Positions 20,237 to 29,371 of a stretch of 64,000 bases of DNA are shown here, piece after piece (the stretch's first letter is position 1; every line of letters starts with the position of its first letter). This stretch comes from Clostridia bacterium (lineage in GTDB: Bacteria; Bacillota; Clostridia; UMGS1883; UMGS1540): NCBI GenBank assembly GCA_045533905.1, contig JAZSIR010000022.1:1-64000 (forward strand). The letters are read 5' to 3'. The notes beneath the pieces were generated by a model. The model worked only from the letters and a program-made list of their open reading frames with translations. It was not told the DNA's origin and did no database searches. The position numbers were made by a program, and so were the translations under genes.

Positions 20237-20503
20237 GTGGGTGCGCACAAAAAAATATTAGTCAGCCTGCCCGAGGCATTCCTCGCGGAAACAGATGCTT
20301 TTCTGAAAGAGGAAGATATCTCAAGAAGCGAATTTATCCGCCGGGCAATGCAGTTCTATCTGAAGGAACGGCGACAGGAAAAACTGCGCCTTCTTCTGGA
20401 ACGAGGCTACCGTGAAATGGGCGAAATCAATCTGGAAATTGCCTGCGCCTGTTTCCACGCTGATACCGAAACTACGCTGAGGTATGAGGAGAATTTAGGG
20501 TGA
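20237..20503 (+). CDS. ndoAI: CopG/RHH antitoxin (EndoAI/MazE type)
   Basis: [27 protein letters not shown] motifs; GTG start after GGGAGG; overlaps the toxin start; TTGACT-N17-TATACT promoter upstream. Confidence 0.88.
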   Translation: MGAHKKILVSLPEAFLAETDAFLKEEDISRSEFIRRAMQFYLKERRQEKLRLLLERGYREMGEINLEIACACFHADTETTLRYEENLG

Positions 20504-20850
20504 TTGTAAAAAGAGGCGATATTTATTACGCGGACTTAAGTCCCGTAATCGGTTCGGAGCAGGGCGGTGTCCGGCCCGTTCTGGTTGTGCAGAATGACGT
20601 CGGCAACCGCTACAGCCCCACCGTAATAGCCGCAGCAATTACAAGCCAGATAAACAAGGCGAAGATGCCTACACACATTGAAATTGACGCGCAGGACTAC
20701 GGTCTTGCCCGGGATTCCGTCGTGCTTCTCGAGCAGGTGCGGACGATTGACAAAAAACGACTGAAAGAAAAAATCGGACATCTCGATGCTTTTATGATGG
20801 ACCGTGTGAATACGGCGCTTGAAATCAGCTTTGGTCTGTCCGGAATGTAA
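20500..20850 (+). CDS. ndoA: MazF/PemK endoribonuclease toxin (EndoA)
   Basis: [35 protein letters not shown] signature. Confidence 0.97.
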   Translation: MIVKRGDIYYADLSPVIGSEQGGVRPVLVVQNDVGNRYSPTVIAAAITSQINKAKMPTHIEIDAQDYGLARDSVVLLEQVRTIDKKRLKEKIGHLDAFMMDRVNTALEISFGLSGM

Positions 20851-20859
20851 GGAGAAAAA

Positions 20860-21633
20860 ATGACAACTATATTCGGATACACCCTCCGCTTCCTGCGGAC
20901 AAGGCAGAACGTTTCGCTTTCTGCGCTTTCTGAGGCCACCGGTCTTGGAGAGACAACGCTGGAAAATATTGAAAACGGTTACATACTGCCACCCGATGCA
21001 GTCGCAGAAAAGCTGGCCGCATACTTTGGCGTAACCGTTTCCTATATGACAGGGAGCGTGGAGGTCACAATGCCTACGAATGATGCAGAGGAGGCGGGCT
21101 CTCCGCAGCGGTATGTGCGCCTGCGCCCGATTCAGCTTACCAAAACGGTAGGCGGCGCAGAGCTTAGAAGTGCCACGGAGGCGGCGGATGTTATTTTACC
21201 ACTTCCGCAAAGCGACAGAAGCTCCTATGTGGCCGTGCAGGTGACCGATAACTCTATGCTGCGGTATCGCGCCGCGGCCGGCGATATTCTTGTGGTGCGG
21301 GAGGATACAGGGAAAATCCGCACGGGTGACCTCGTCCTTCTTTTATCGGAAGGCGGGCAAACGCTTCTGCGCCGCTATTTCCGCGAAGGTAATGATGTGC
21401 TTCTCCGCAGCGATGATGACGATTTGCTGCCGCCGCTCCGCCTTTCGGAATGTCGCGATACGTTTCGCCTCATCGGTGCGGTTATCCGGATTATTGTGGA
21501 GGTCGATGCCGCATTCCTGAAGCGGCGTTCGCAGAATCCGCCGCAAAATCCCGAGGAAATTCTGCCGCCGTTTGAAAGGCCGCTCGAGGGTGCGGGCAGT
21601 TGCGCCCCGCTTTCGCACGATTTCCGGTATTAG
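20860..21633 (+). CDS. XRE-family HTH regulator with S24/LexA-like C-terminal domain
   Basis: N-terminal HTH (LS..TG....LENIENG..P...KLAAYFGVTVSY); V.DNSM...GDILVV S24-like region. Confidence 0.82.
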   Translation: MTTIFGYTLRFLRTRQNVSLSALSEATGLGETTLENIENGYILPPDAVAEKLAAYFGVTVSYMTGSVEVTMPTNDAEEAGSPQRYVRLRPIQLTKTVGGAELRSATEAADVILPLPQSDRSSYVAVQVTDNSMLRYRAAAGDILVVREDTGKIRTGDLVLLLSEGGQTLLRRYFREGNDVLLRSDDDDLLPPLRLSECRDTFRLIGAVIRIIVEVDAAFLKRRSQNPPQNPEEILPPFERPLEGAGSCAPLSHDFRY

Positions 21634-21735
21634 AAAAACAAGAAGGCACTCCAGAAGGAGTGCCTCTTTTGCAGAATACGTAAGGGACTGTAAAAAAACT
21701 TTTGTTTTTTTACAGTCCCTTTTTGTGTTTCGGAA

Positions 21736-22851
21736 TTAGTTGATGATAGTGAGCTCTGTTTCCTTGTCGAAGAGGTGAATCTTGTTTGCATCGAGTGCAA
21801 CCGTGATATCCTGATCGATTTCTGCAGTAGAGCGGCGGTTTACACGAGCTACTGCCATAGTGCCTTCCACGAGGAGATACAGATATGTTTCAGCACCCAT
21901 CATTTCTGTGTTGTCAACACGGGCGGAAACAACGCTGTCAGCCATTGCGGAGATGTGCGCTTCGTCATCATAGATAGCTTCGGGACGGATACCTACAACA
22001 ACCGTCTTGCCGAAGTATTCTTCCTTGCCTGCAAGTGCCTTGGCCTTGCCTTCGGGAAGCTTGATCTTGGAATTACCGAAGGTGAGCGTTACAGTTTCGC
22101 CTTCTTTATTCAGAACTGCATCGAAGAAGTTCATCTGCGGGCTGCCGATGAAGCCTGCAACGAAGAGGTTTGCCGGTGTATCGTAGAGTTCCTGCGGGGT
22201 AGCTACCTGCTGAACGAAACCGTCCTTCATAACAACGATGCGGGTACCCATTGTCATAGCTTCTGTCTGGTCATGGGTTACGTAGATGAAGGTTGTAGCA
22301 AGACGTCTGTGCAGCTTGCCGATTTCGGAACGCATCTGTACACGAAGCTTTGCATCGAGGTTCGAAAGCGGTTCGTCCATAAGGAAGACCTTCGGCTCAC
22401 GAACGATAGCACGACCGAGCGCAACTCTCTGACGCTGACCACCGGACAAAGCTCTCGGCTTTCTGTCGAGAAGGTGTTCGATGTCAAGAATGCGGGCGGC
22501 TTCATGCACGCGGCGCTTGATTTCATCCTTCGGGGTCTTGCGGAGACGCAGACCGAATGCCATATTCTCAAATACCGACATATGCGGATAGAGAGCGTAG
22601 TTCTGGAAAACCATTGCGATGTCTCTGTCCTTCGGCATAACTTCGTTTACGAGTGTGTCGCCAATGTAAACTTCGCCTTCAGAGATTTCTTCGAGACCGG
22701 CAATCATACGGAGGGTAGTGGTTTTACCGCAACCGGAAGGACCAACCAGAATCAAAAACTCCTTATCAGCGATTTCGAGGTTTACATCACTTACAGCCGT
22801 AACACCGCCGGCATAGCGCTTGTAAACACCTTTGAGACTTAAACTTGCCAT
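21736..22851 (-). CDS. msmK: Stand-alone sugar ABC transporter ATPase (MsmK/MsmX/UgpC family)
   Basis: GPSGCGKTT Walker A, LSGGQRQR, DEPLSNLDAKLR, YVTHDQTEAMT, C-terminal TOBE region. Confidence 0.93.
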   Translation of the reverse strand: MASLSLKGVYKRYAGGVTAVSDVNLEIADKEFLILVGPSGCGKTTTLRMIAGLEEISEGEVYIGDTLVNEVMPKDRDIAMVFQNYALYPHMSVFENMAFGLRLRKTPKDEIKRRVHEAARILDIEHLLDRKPRALSGGQRQRVALGRAIVREPKVFLMDEPLSNLDAKLRVQMRSEIGKLHRRLATTFIYVTHDQTEAMTMGTRIVVMKDGFVQQVATPQELYDTPANLFVAGFIGSPQMNFFDAVLNKEGETVTLTFGNSKIKLPEGKAKALAGKEEYFGKTVVVGIRPEAIYDDEAHISAMADSVVSARVDNTEMMGAETYLYLLVEGTMAVARVNRRSTAEIDQDITVALDANKIHLFDKETELTIIN

Positions 22852-23007
22852 AATAGCACATTCCTTTCTTACTGTGAGGGCATATTTCACCCTTTACTTT
22901 TTATTCTGCAATTAGTATAGCACATTTATCCCGCGTTTGGAAGTGGTAAGTCCTACAAAAACCCCTTGTGTTTTTTGTAAAAATTGCATAATTCACGGCG
23001 AGAATTG

Positions 23008-23391
23008 TCAGTTTTGCGGCGGAAGCGCCTCGAGAAACCCATTAAGCTGCGGTGAAAGGATATCGCCGCCGAGAAGTTTTCCGTCCTTCCAGTAAAAATT
23101 GGCGTAGGTAGCTTCCGGGTGGTTTTGCACCGGGCAAGAAAGATGCCACACCGCCTGCCCGCCGAACGCGCGAAGCGGGAAGCCGTTTGCCGTCTGCTCC
23201 CGAAGGTAGGCTTCCCAGGCGCTGTCGGGCGCAGACGGCAAAATTATTTCCTCCTTTGTATACGCGCCCGCGCGGGCAAGCCCCATTGCCGAAAGAACCG
23301 CATCGCACCTTTGCTCCGCCGCATACGGCTTTGTAAAGGCGGCCAGAAAAAGCACGGCCGCCCAAAGTACAACCGGAAAGCCCTTGCGCAT
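23008..23391 (-). CDS. Small secreted protein (DUF4830-like)
   Basis: Signal peptide; EEI.LP....W..Y...Q...GF.L and LLGGDI.S....GF motifs. Confidence 0.65.
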   Translation of the reverse strand: MRKGFPVVLWAAVLFLAAFTKPYAAEQRCDAVLSAMGLARAGAYTKEEIILPSAPDSAWEAYLREQTANGFPLRAFGGQAVWHLSCPVQNHPEATYANFYWKDGKLLGGDILSPQLNGFLEALPPQN

Positions 23392-23579
23392 CCCGTCCCC
23401 TCCCAAAAAGATGTTTCTTATTTATATGCGAGCAGCACCGCCTCTATACCAATTTGCATTTTCTGGAAAAAATTGTAAATTTTTCTTGCTTTCGTTTCCA
23501 GTTTCTGGTATACTATGTAAAAGATGGAAAATATTTCCATCGAAATCTGCATAAATCAACAAATAAGGAGAGATACGAA

Positions 23580-24212
23580 TTGGAAGGAGAAACCAGAACG
23601 AAAACAAACACAGCCACCATTGCAGGATTTATTGAGGATGAGGCAGTTTTCAGCCACAGCGTGTACGGGGAGGGATTTTACACCTTTCACGTTTCGGTGC
23701 CGCGCCTTTCAGAGGCCAAGGACCTCGTGCCCGTTACCGTGTCGGAGCGGCTCTGCGACCCCGCCCTCCTGGTGCCCGGAGAAAGAGTGGAAATTTTAGG
23801 GCAGTTCCGCTCCTACAATAATTACAGCGATGAGGGCAACCGCCTGATGCTGACGCTTTTTGCCCGCGAGCTTCGCTTCCCCGAGGGCGAGAGCGAGGTG
23901 CCGCCGAATGAGATTGTGCTTGTAGGCTTTATCTGTAAGCCGCCGGTCTACCGCCACACGCCCTTCGGGCGGGAAATTGCGGATATGCTCATTGCCGTCA
24001 ACCGTTCTTACAACAAATCGGACTACATCCCCTGCATCGCCTGGGGACGGAACGCGCGCTTCTCGCGTACCCTCGCCGTAGGTGACAAGGTGCGGCTTTC
24101 GGGGCGCATCCAGTCGCGCGAGTACCGAAAGCGTCTTTCAGAGGAGGAATATACCACAAAAACAGCGTATGAAATTTCCGTGATCAAAATCGAAACAGCT
24201 GCCGAGGCGTAA
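23580..24212 (+). CDS. ssb: Single-stranded DNA-binding protein with two OB folds
   Basis: FSH..YGEGFY, GQFRSYN, YR.TPFGREIAD, SDYIPCIAWGRNA motifs; TTG start after AAGGAG. Confidence 0.9.
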   Translation: MEGETRTKTNTATIAGFIEDEAVFSHSVYGEGFYTFHVSVPRLSEAKDLVPVTVSERLCDPALLVPGERVEILGQFRSYNNYSDEGNRLMLTLFARELRFPEGESEVPPNEIVLVGFICKPPVYRHTPFGREIADMLIAVNRSYNKSDYIPCIAWGRNARFSRTLAVGDKVRLSGRIQSREYRKRLSEEEYTTKTAYEISVIKIETAAEA

Positions 24213-24277
24213 AAAAGGCTTGACTTTTTCCAAATTTTCTGTATAATGGAATAAAGAAAGAAAAGGAGGATTTTTCT

Positions 24278-24505
24278 ATGAAAGCTTTTGATGTTATGCT
24301 CGGTTCCATTGTAGACGTAAAGAATTTTGTAAATGTGGTCAACCGCTACGATTTTGAGATTGACCTTATTTCCGGCCGCTATGTGGTCGACGCCAAGTCC
24401 ATTATGGGCATCTTCAGCCTTGACCTCGGCAAGCCGATCCGTGTGGAAGTGCACACCGATGCACCCGAAGAAATTATGGCAGAGCTTAAACCCTTTATGG
24501 CATAG
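24278..24505 (+). CDS. HPr-family protein (Ser46-type motif kept, no active-site His)
   Basis: VDAKSIMGIFSLDL motif; the N-terminus lacks the GLHARP motif. Confidence 0.88.
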   Translation: MKAFDVMLGSIVDVKNFVNVVNRYDFEIDLISGRYVVDAKSIMGIFSLDLGKPIRVEVHTDAPEEIMAELKPFMA

Positions 24506-24746
24506 GGATATAAAAAGGGCAGCAGAGCACAAAAAGGAATAAAATCAAAGGGACTCTCCAAAATTGGAGAGTCCCTACTCGTTTGTACTTTCTTTTGTCA
24601 GCGCACCAGTCAATGGGGGCCCCGAAAAGCCTTGGCTTTTTGGGGAAGAGGAGAAGCAAGGAAGCTGAGCGGTGTTTTCGCCGAAGAGGCGAAACGTAGC
24701 GGGCGAACTTTGCTTCGACGAGTGGTCTGCGCCTTTTTTACATCCC
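24505..24746. mobile_element. MITE-like element with terminal inverted repeats, flanked by TA
   Basis: Left end GGGATATAAAAAGGGCAGCAGAGCAC; right end (reverse complement) GGGATGTAAAAAAGGCGCAGACCAC; TA on both sides; internal hairpins; related copies at about 34.0-34.3 kb and 47.5 kb. Confidence 0.7.
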
Positions 24747-25108
24747 TAAAGTTCTACGCGGACTTCTTTTGCAAGAAACTCGCTGTTGTCATCATCCGTG
24801 TCAGCGTTTTCTACAATCAGCACGTGCGCATCGCGGCTTGTGGCAATCGTGTGCCATACGCCTCGCTTGACATTATACGTTTTGTTTTTCTCCATCGGCA
24901 CTTCCTCTGCATTTTCGCCGACAAGAAGTGTAGCGCGGCCTTCGAGGAGTACGAACACCTCGTCCGTTTCCATATGGCGCTCCAGCTTATTGATTTTCTG
25001 CGGATCAAACCGTTCGGAATAATTGAGGTACGCAACGCGCCAACCCTCGAAGTATACAACCGGCTTATAGTCTACACCGGTGTAGTGCAGAATTTCAAGT
25101 CCTTCCAT
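24746..25108 (-). CDS. Cupin-fold protein (ureidoglycolate lyase-like)
   Basis: LERH..TDEVFVLL.G and YNVK.GVWH motifs. Confidence 0.75.
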   Translation of the reverse strand: MEGLEILHYTGVDYKPVVYFEGWRVAYLNYSERFDPQKINKLERHMETDEVFVLLEGRATLLVGENAEEVPMEKNKTYNVKRGVWHTIATSRDAHVLIVENADTDDDNSEFLAKEVRVEL

Positions 25109-25110
25109 TT

Positions 25111-25557
25111 TTATGCCTCCTCTTCTCCGTGATCGTGGTGGCAGCTGCCGCAGCACCCGTCACACTTCTTCGCGCCCGGAAATTCGATTCCGGTGCGCTT
25201 GCAGTAATCTTCAATCGCGGCGTGAATCGCTTCTTCCGCGAGCACCGAGCAATGGAGCTTTGCTGCCGGAAGCCCATCCAGCGCCTCCACAACGGCGCGG
25301 TTTGTAATCTCCAAGGCTTCCGTTACGGTTTTGCCTTTTACAAGTTCCGTGGCCATACTGCTCGTGGCAATTGCCGCGCCGCAGCCGAAGGTTTTGAACT
25401 TGATATCTTCAATAACTTCGTTTTCGTTTATCTTCATATACATTTTCATAATATCGCCGCATTTGGCGTTGCCCACCGTGCCAACGGCGTTAGCATCTTC
25501 AATTTCGCCCACGTTGCGGGGATTTTGGAAATGGTCCATTACTTTTTCGGAATACAT
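25111..25557 (-). CDS. iscU: Fe-S cluster scaffold IscU/NifU
   Basis: YSEKVMDHF.NPRNVG, CGDIM, FKTFGCG and KLHCSVLAE motifs. Confidence 0.96.
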   Translation of the reverse strand: MYSEKVMDHFQNPRNVGEIEDANAVGTVGNAKCGDIMKMYMKINENEVIEDIKFKTFGCGAAIATSSMATELVKGKTVTEALEITNRAVVEALDGLPAAKLHCSVLAEEAIHAAIEDYCKRTGIEFPGAKKCDGCCGSCHHDHGEEEA

Positions 25558-25558
25558 A

Positions 25559-26731
25559 TTAAAGCTCCTTTCCTTTTTGAACTTCTTCATAAAGCGGCGA
25601 CATCTGCCGCAGCTTTTCTACAATCGGCACAAGCGCTTCCAAAAATGCATCGACTTCCTCTTCCGTATTTTCTGCCGAAAGGGACACGCGAAGAGACCCG
25701 TGTGCAATCTCGTGCGGAAGGCCGATGGCGAGAAGCACGTGCGAGGGGTCAAGCGAGGCAGAAGCACACGCCGAGCCGCTCGATACGGCAAAGCCCGCGA
25801 GCGCGAGATGGAGTAGAAGCCCTTCGCCCTCTATAAAGCGGAACGAGAAGTTCGCGTTGCCGGGGGTGCGCATTTCTCTGTCGCCGTTCAAAATCGTATA
25901 CGGAATGGCACCGAGCACGCCATCGATCAGTTTTTCGCGAAGGCGGCGGATATATGCCATTTTTTCTTCTAAATTCGCCGTGGCATCCTCAATCGCCGTG
26001 GCAAGGCCCTGGATGTAGGCGGTGTTTTCCGTGCCGGCGCGCATACCGCGCTCCTGCCCGCCGCCGTGAATGAGCCGTTCAATCTTTACGCCTTTTTTGA
26101 TGTACAGTGCGCCAATGCCCTTCGGGCCGTGGAACTTGTGCGCGGAAAGGCTGAGCATATCCACCCCGAGTTCCTTTACATCCACGGGGATGGCGCCTAC
26201 GGCCTGCACCGCATCGGTGTGGAACAAAACGCCCTTTGCGTGGGCAATCTCAGAGAGCTCGCGAATCGGTTGAATCGTGCCGATTTCGTTATTGACATAC
26301 ATAATGGATACAATGGCCGTATCCTCGCAAATCGCCTCGGAAAGCGCTTCGGGCGAGACGAGCCCGCGGCTGTCTACGGGGAGATAGGTAACGCGGCAGC
26401 CCTGTTTCTCTAAAAACTTACAGGTATGCAGCACCGCGTGATGCTCAATGGCCGAGGTGACCACGTGCGTTTTGCCCGTTTTATAAATGGCACCGAGGAT
26501 GGCCCAGTTATCTGCCTCACTGCCGGAGGCCGTGAAGTAAATCTCGCCGCTGTCGGCTCCGAGGCAGGCGGCTACGCGCGCCCGCGCCTTCTCCATATCG
26601 CGGCGTGCATCTGCGCCCGCGGCATAAAATATGGAGGAAGGATTCCCGAAACAGTCTTCAAAATATGGAAGCATCGCCTGCCGCACACGGGGGCTTACCG
26701 CCGTGGTGGCCGCGTTGTCGAAATAAATCAT
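25559..26731 (-). CDS. iscS: Cysteine desulfurase IscS/NifS
   Basis: [29 protein letters not shown] and SSGSAC motifs. Confidence 0.96.
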   Translation of the reverse strand: MIYFDNAATTAVSPRVRQAMLPYFEDCFGNPSSIFYAAGADARRDMEKARARVAACLGADSGEIYFTASGSEADNWAILGAIYKTGKTHVVTSAIEHHAVLHTCKFLEKQGCRVTYLPVDSRGLVSPEALSEAICEDTAIVSIMYVNNEIGTIQPIRELSEIAHAKGVLFHTDAVQAVGAIPVDVKELGVDMLSLSAHKFHGPKGIGALYIKKGVKIERLIHGGGQERGMRAGTENTAYIQGLATAIEDATANLEEKMAYIRRLREKLIDGVLGAIPYTILNGDREMRTPGNANFSFRFIEGEGLLLHLALAGFAVSSGSACASASLDPSHVLLAIGLPHEIAHGSLRVSLSAENTEEEVDAFLEALVPIVEKLRQMSPLYEEVQKGKEL

Positions 26732-26865
26732 GGTATCATCCCTTTCTAAAAGTATATTATACACCCATCCACACCCTTTTTTCAACCTTTTTTTGAAAAA
26801 GGAAGTAAAAAAATAGTGCGTTTTTTCGCCGGATATGCTACAATAAAAGAAAAGGAAGTGACAAA

Positions 26866-27747
26866 ATGCCGCTCTTTGCACCGGACTATTATAAAAACTT
26901 CATATGCAAAGCCGGAAAATGCCGCCACTCGTGCTGCATCGGCTGGGAAATTGAGATTGACGACGCTACGCTTTCGCGATATAAGAAGGAGACGGGCGCG
27001 CTGGGCGCGCGGCTTTCTGCGCACATCTCGGAAGAGGGCAACGCGCACTTTGTTAAAGGTACAAACGGCCGCTGTCCCTTTTTAAGCACAGAGAACCTTT
27101 GTGATATAATTCTCACGTTCGGAGAAGGCGCGCTTTGCGACATCTGCCGTGACCATCCGAGGTACCGGAATTTTCTCCCCACGCGCACAGAAATCGGCCT
27201 CGGCCTTGCCTGCGAGGAAGCGGCGCGGCTGATTCTCGAGGGCGAGGGCCGCTATGGAGAAATCTGCCTTTCGGGCGAAGAGATACCCCCGGAAGGCGAC
27301 GAAGCGCTCTTTTTCGCCCTTCGCGACGGGATTCTGGAGCTTTTATTCGATGAGACCTGTACGGCAAAAGAGGCGTTTGCCAGCATCCGCGCGGCGTATG
27401 GCATCGCAGAGGCGGACGCGGATTTTTATACACTCTACAAAAATATGCCGCATCTGTACCCGTCGTGGGAAGCGGTGCTCGAAGGGTTCTCGCATCCTTC
27501 CGCCTTTTTTCCCGATATGCCTGCAAGAAGGCTCTGCGCCTATTTTGTGCACCGGCATCTGGCGGGCGGCACGGGGGACGGAAGATGGCGGGCGCGCATT
27601 GCCTTCTGTCTCCACGCGGCCGAAAGCATCTGCCTCCTCTCGCCCGATGCGGGCGCGTTTCCGGAAACCGCGCGGCGGTATTCCGAAGAAATTGAGTATT
27701 CCGAAGAAAACGTCGAAACGCTTCTTTCGGCGCTCGATGCAGTATAA
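26866..27747 (+). CDS. FliB-family (flagellin lysine-N-methylase-like) protein
   Basis: PDYY..F.C....[16 protein letters not shown]...LC, C..HPR, EIEYS motifs. Confidence 0.85.
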   Translation: MPLFAPDYYKNFICKAGKCRHSCCIGWEIEIDDATLSRYKKETGALGARLSAHISEEGNAHFVKGTNGRCPFLSTENLCDIILTFGEGALCDICRDHPRYRNFLPTRTEIGLGLACEEAARLILEGEGRYGEICLSGEEIPPEGDEALFFALRDGILELLFDETCTAKEAFASIRAAYGIAEADADFYTLYKNMPHLYPSWEAVLEGFSHPSAFFPDMPARRLCAYFVHRHLAGGTGDGRWRARIAFCLHAAESICLLSPDAGAFPETARRYSEEIEYSEENVETLLSALDAV

Positions 27748-27780
27748 CAAAACCTCCCGAAAAAAATCGGGAGGTTTTGT
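27748..27780. terminator. Bidirectional terminator
   Basis: CAAAACCTCCCGA-loop-TCGGGAGGTTTTG hairpin between convergent genes. Confidence 0.8.
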
Positions 27781-28343
27781 TATGCCGATTCCAGCGCATC
27801 TATTCCAAAGAAAAGAACAGACAGACGCTCCAGCAGTCTGTTTTTATTCCGCCGCACGGTGGAGGGGTCACAGGAAAGCATTTCTGCAATTTCCTCCTCG
27901 GAGCGGCCTTCCGTATATTTGAGGTGAAGAATTTCAAAATACGGGTCACCCGAAAGAGAAGTGACGGCGCGGTCAATCCGTTTGGCCGCAAGGCGGTTAC
28001 GCGTAAGCAGTGCCTCCACATCCGCACGGCGGTGCGGCATACCGAGCGCCGCGCCCGACGGCAGAAGGTGCACCACCTTGTTCTCCGTTTTCTCATATGC
28101 CATAACAGAAGGCGGCCCCTCCTCCGGGAGAAGCAAAAGTTCCTCCTCCAGGGAGGAAATCAAAATACCGAGCCCTTCTCTTGCATACAAAAGCCGCTCT
28201 ACCCTGTCGCGCACCTCGCGGGGCGCCGCATTTCTCGCTTTCTTTTCGCCGGCCTGCATCGCGCACAGGATGCCCCGGCTGATCATTTCCTGCAGTTCGT
28301 TCCGAAAGGTCATTCTTTTGTCGTTTGTTTCGCTTTGTCGCAT
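27780..28343 (-). CDS. Sigma-70 region-4-like HTH regulator (ArpU/RinA-like)
   Basis: C-terminal IL.LKY.EG.S.EEIAE.L.CD.STVRRNK.RL...L...FG pattern. Confidence 0.7.
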   Translation of the reverse strand: MRQSETNDKRMTFRNELQEMISRGILCAMQAGEKKARNAAPREVRDRVERLLYAREGLGILISSLEEELLLLPEEGPPSVMAYEKTENKVVHLLPSGAALGMPHRRADVEALLTRNRLAAKRIDRAVTSLSGDPYFEILHLKYTEGRSEEEIAEMLSCDPSTVRRNKNRLLERLSVLFFGIDALESA

Positions 28344-28354
28344 CGTGTGCCTCC

Positions 28355-28564
28355 TTATTTTTCGTTTTCTGTGTCTTCTGAAAACCGTGTGTACAACGAA
28401 TCAAAGATTGCATGGTACACCGTTCCCCTGGTTGTGTTCCGTTTTGCAAACTGAAGTGCCGAAAGCGTAAGCCGCCTTTGGCAGGACGCACACAGACAAA
28501 ATTCTGCGAGAGTGGACAGTCGCCTTTCGCTGTTGCAAAATACGCACTTTTCTTCTTGTGGCAT
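28355..28564 (-). CDS. Small CxxC...CxxC zinc-finger protein
   Basis: AAAGGAGG RBS, then MPQEEKCVFC...CLCASC; TTGACA...TATACT promoter upstream. Confidence 0.6.
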   Translation of the reverse strand: MPQEEKCVFCNSERRLSTLAEFCLCASCQRRLTLSALQFAKRNTTRGTVYHAIFDSLYTRFSEDTENEK

Positions 28565-28655
28565 GCCTCCTCCTTTCTGTTGCTTTTTAGCAACAAGGTA
28601 AGTATACACCAATTTTTTTCTTCTGTCAAGTCCTTTTTCAAAAAAGGGGCCCCCT

Positions 28656-28916
28656 TTATTCCGCCAGATAATCGTCTAAAATTTCAAAAAAGGTGGCGGG
28701 GGTAACCTGCAGGCGGCAGAGCTTTTGCATAAGCGCAACGGTTCCTTCGGCATCCGGCGAAAAATCCTTCACCGTCTTCGTTTCCCGCATATCGGAAATA
28801 CCGATGCCGCAAACCTCTGCTCCGAGCGCGGGCGAAGCGTGCAGCGGTGTGACAAAATAATGAAGGCGAAGATGCCCTTTTTCTGTTGTAATTTCAATAA
28901 CGGACTCCCAAAGCAT
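28656..28916 (-). CDS. Small conserved clostridial protein (DUF6514-like)
   Basis: GI.I...D.S......L..KL.R.QVTP..F.EILDD pattern; AAAGGAG RBS. Confidence 0.7.
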   Translation of the reverse strand: MLWESVIEITTEKGHLRLHYFVTPLHASPALGAEVCGIGISDMRETKTVKDFSPDAEGTVALMQKLCRLQVTPATFFEILDDYLAE

Positions 28917-29296
28917 TTGGCTCTCTCCTTTCAGCCTGCTCATTATATCCGCATTTTTCGGCGTTTGCAATATGCATTTTTGAACGCGCATCGCACATTG
29001 CGATTTCCAGAATATGGAAATTGTTTTTGTGCCGGCACCCCCTAAATCCCTGCCACTTTTGGCTGCTTTATTTACTTTTTAGAAATTTTTTACTGTATTC
29101 CTTCGCATATTTTTTTCATTTTTCTTGAAAATTCTATGATTTTTTTCGTGTTTTCTCTTTTATTTCTTGTACAAAACGCTGTATCTTTTTCTAAAAATAC
29201 GGAGTTTCTACCTTTTTAATGTGATTTTTTATTTATATTTCTTCCGGCAAAAAACAAAGGGGGCTTTTCACATTTTTTCGGGCAATGGCGATTTTC

Positions 29297-29325
29297 TTGA
29301 CAAGATATGGAAATGCATATATAAT
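29297..29325 (+). promoter_or_regulatory. sigmaA promoter of sstT
   Basis: TTGACA-N17-TATAAT. Confidence 0.8.
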
Positions 29326-29371
29326 AAATGTAGTTTTTTGGATTTGCCCCTTGCGGCAAAAAGGAGGATTT

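Noticed and set aside
21775-22842. 355-aa plus-strand ORF opposite msmK
   Set aside because: Antisense shadow of a highly expressed gene.
27780-28916. Prophage
   Set aside because: Only a phage-like regulator is present; no integrase, terminase, structural or lysis genes.
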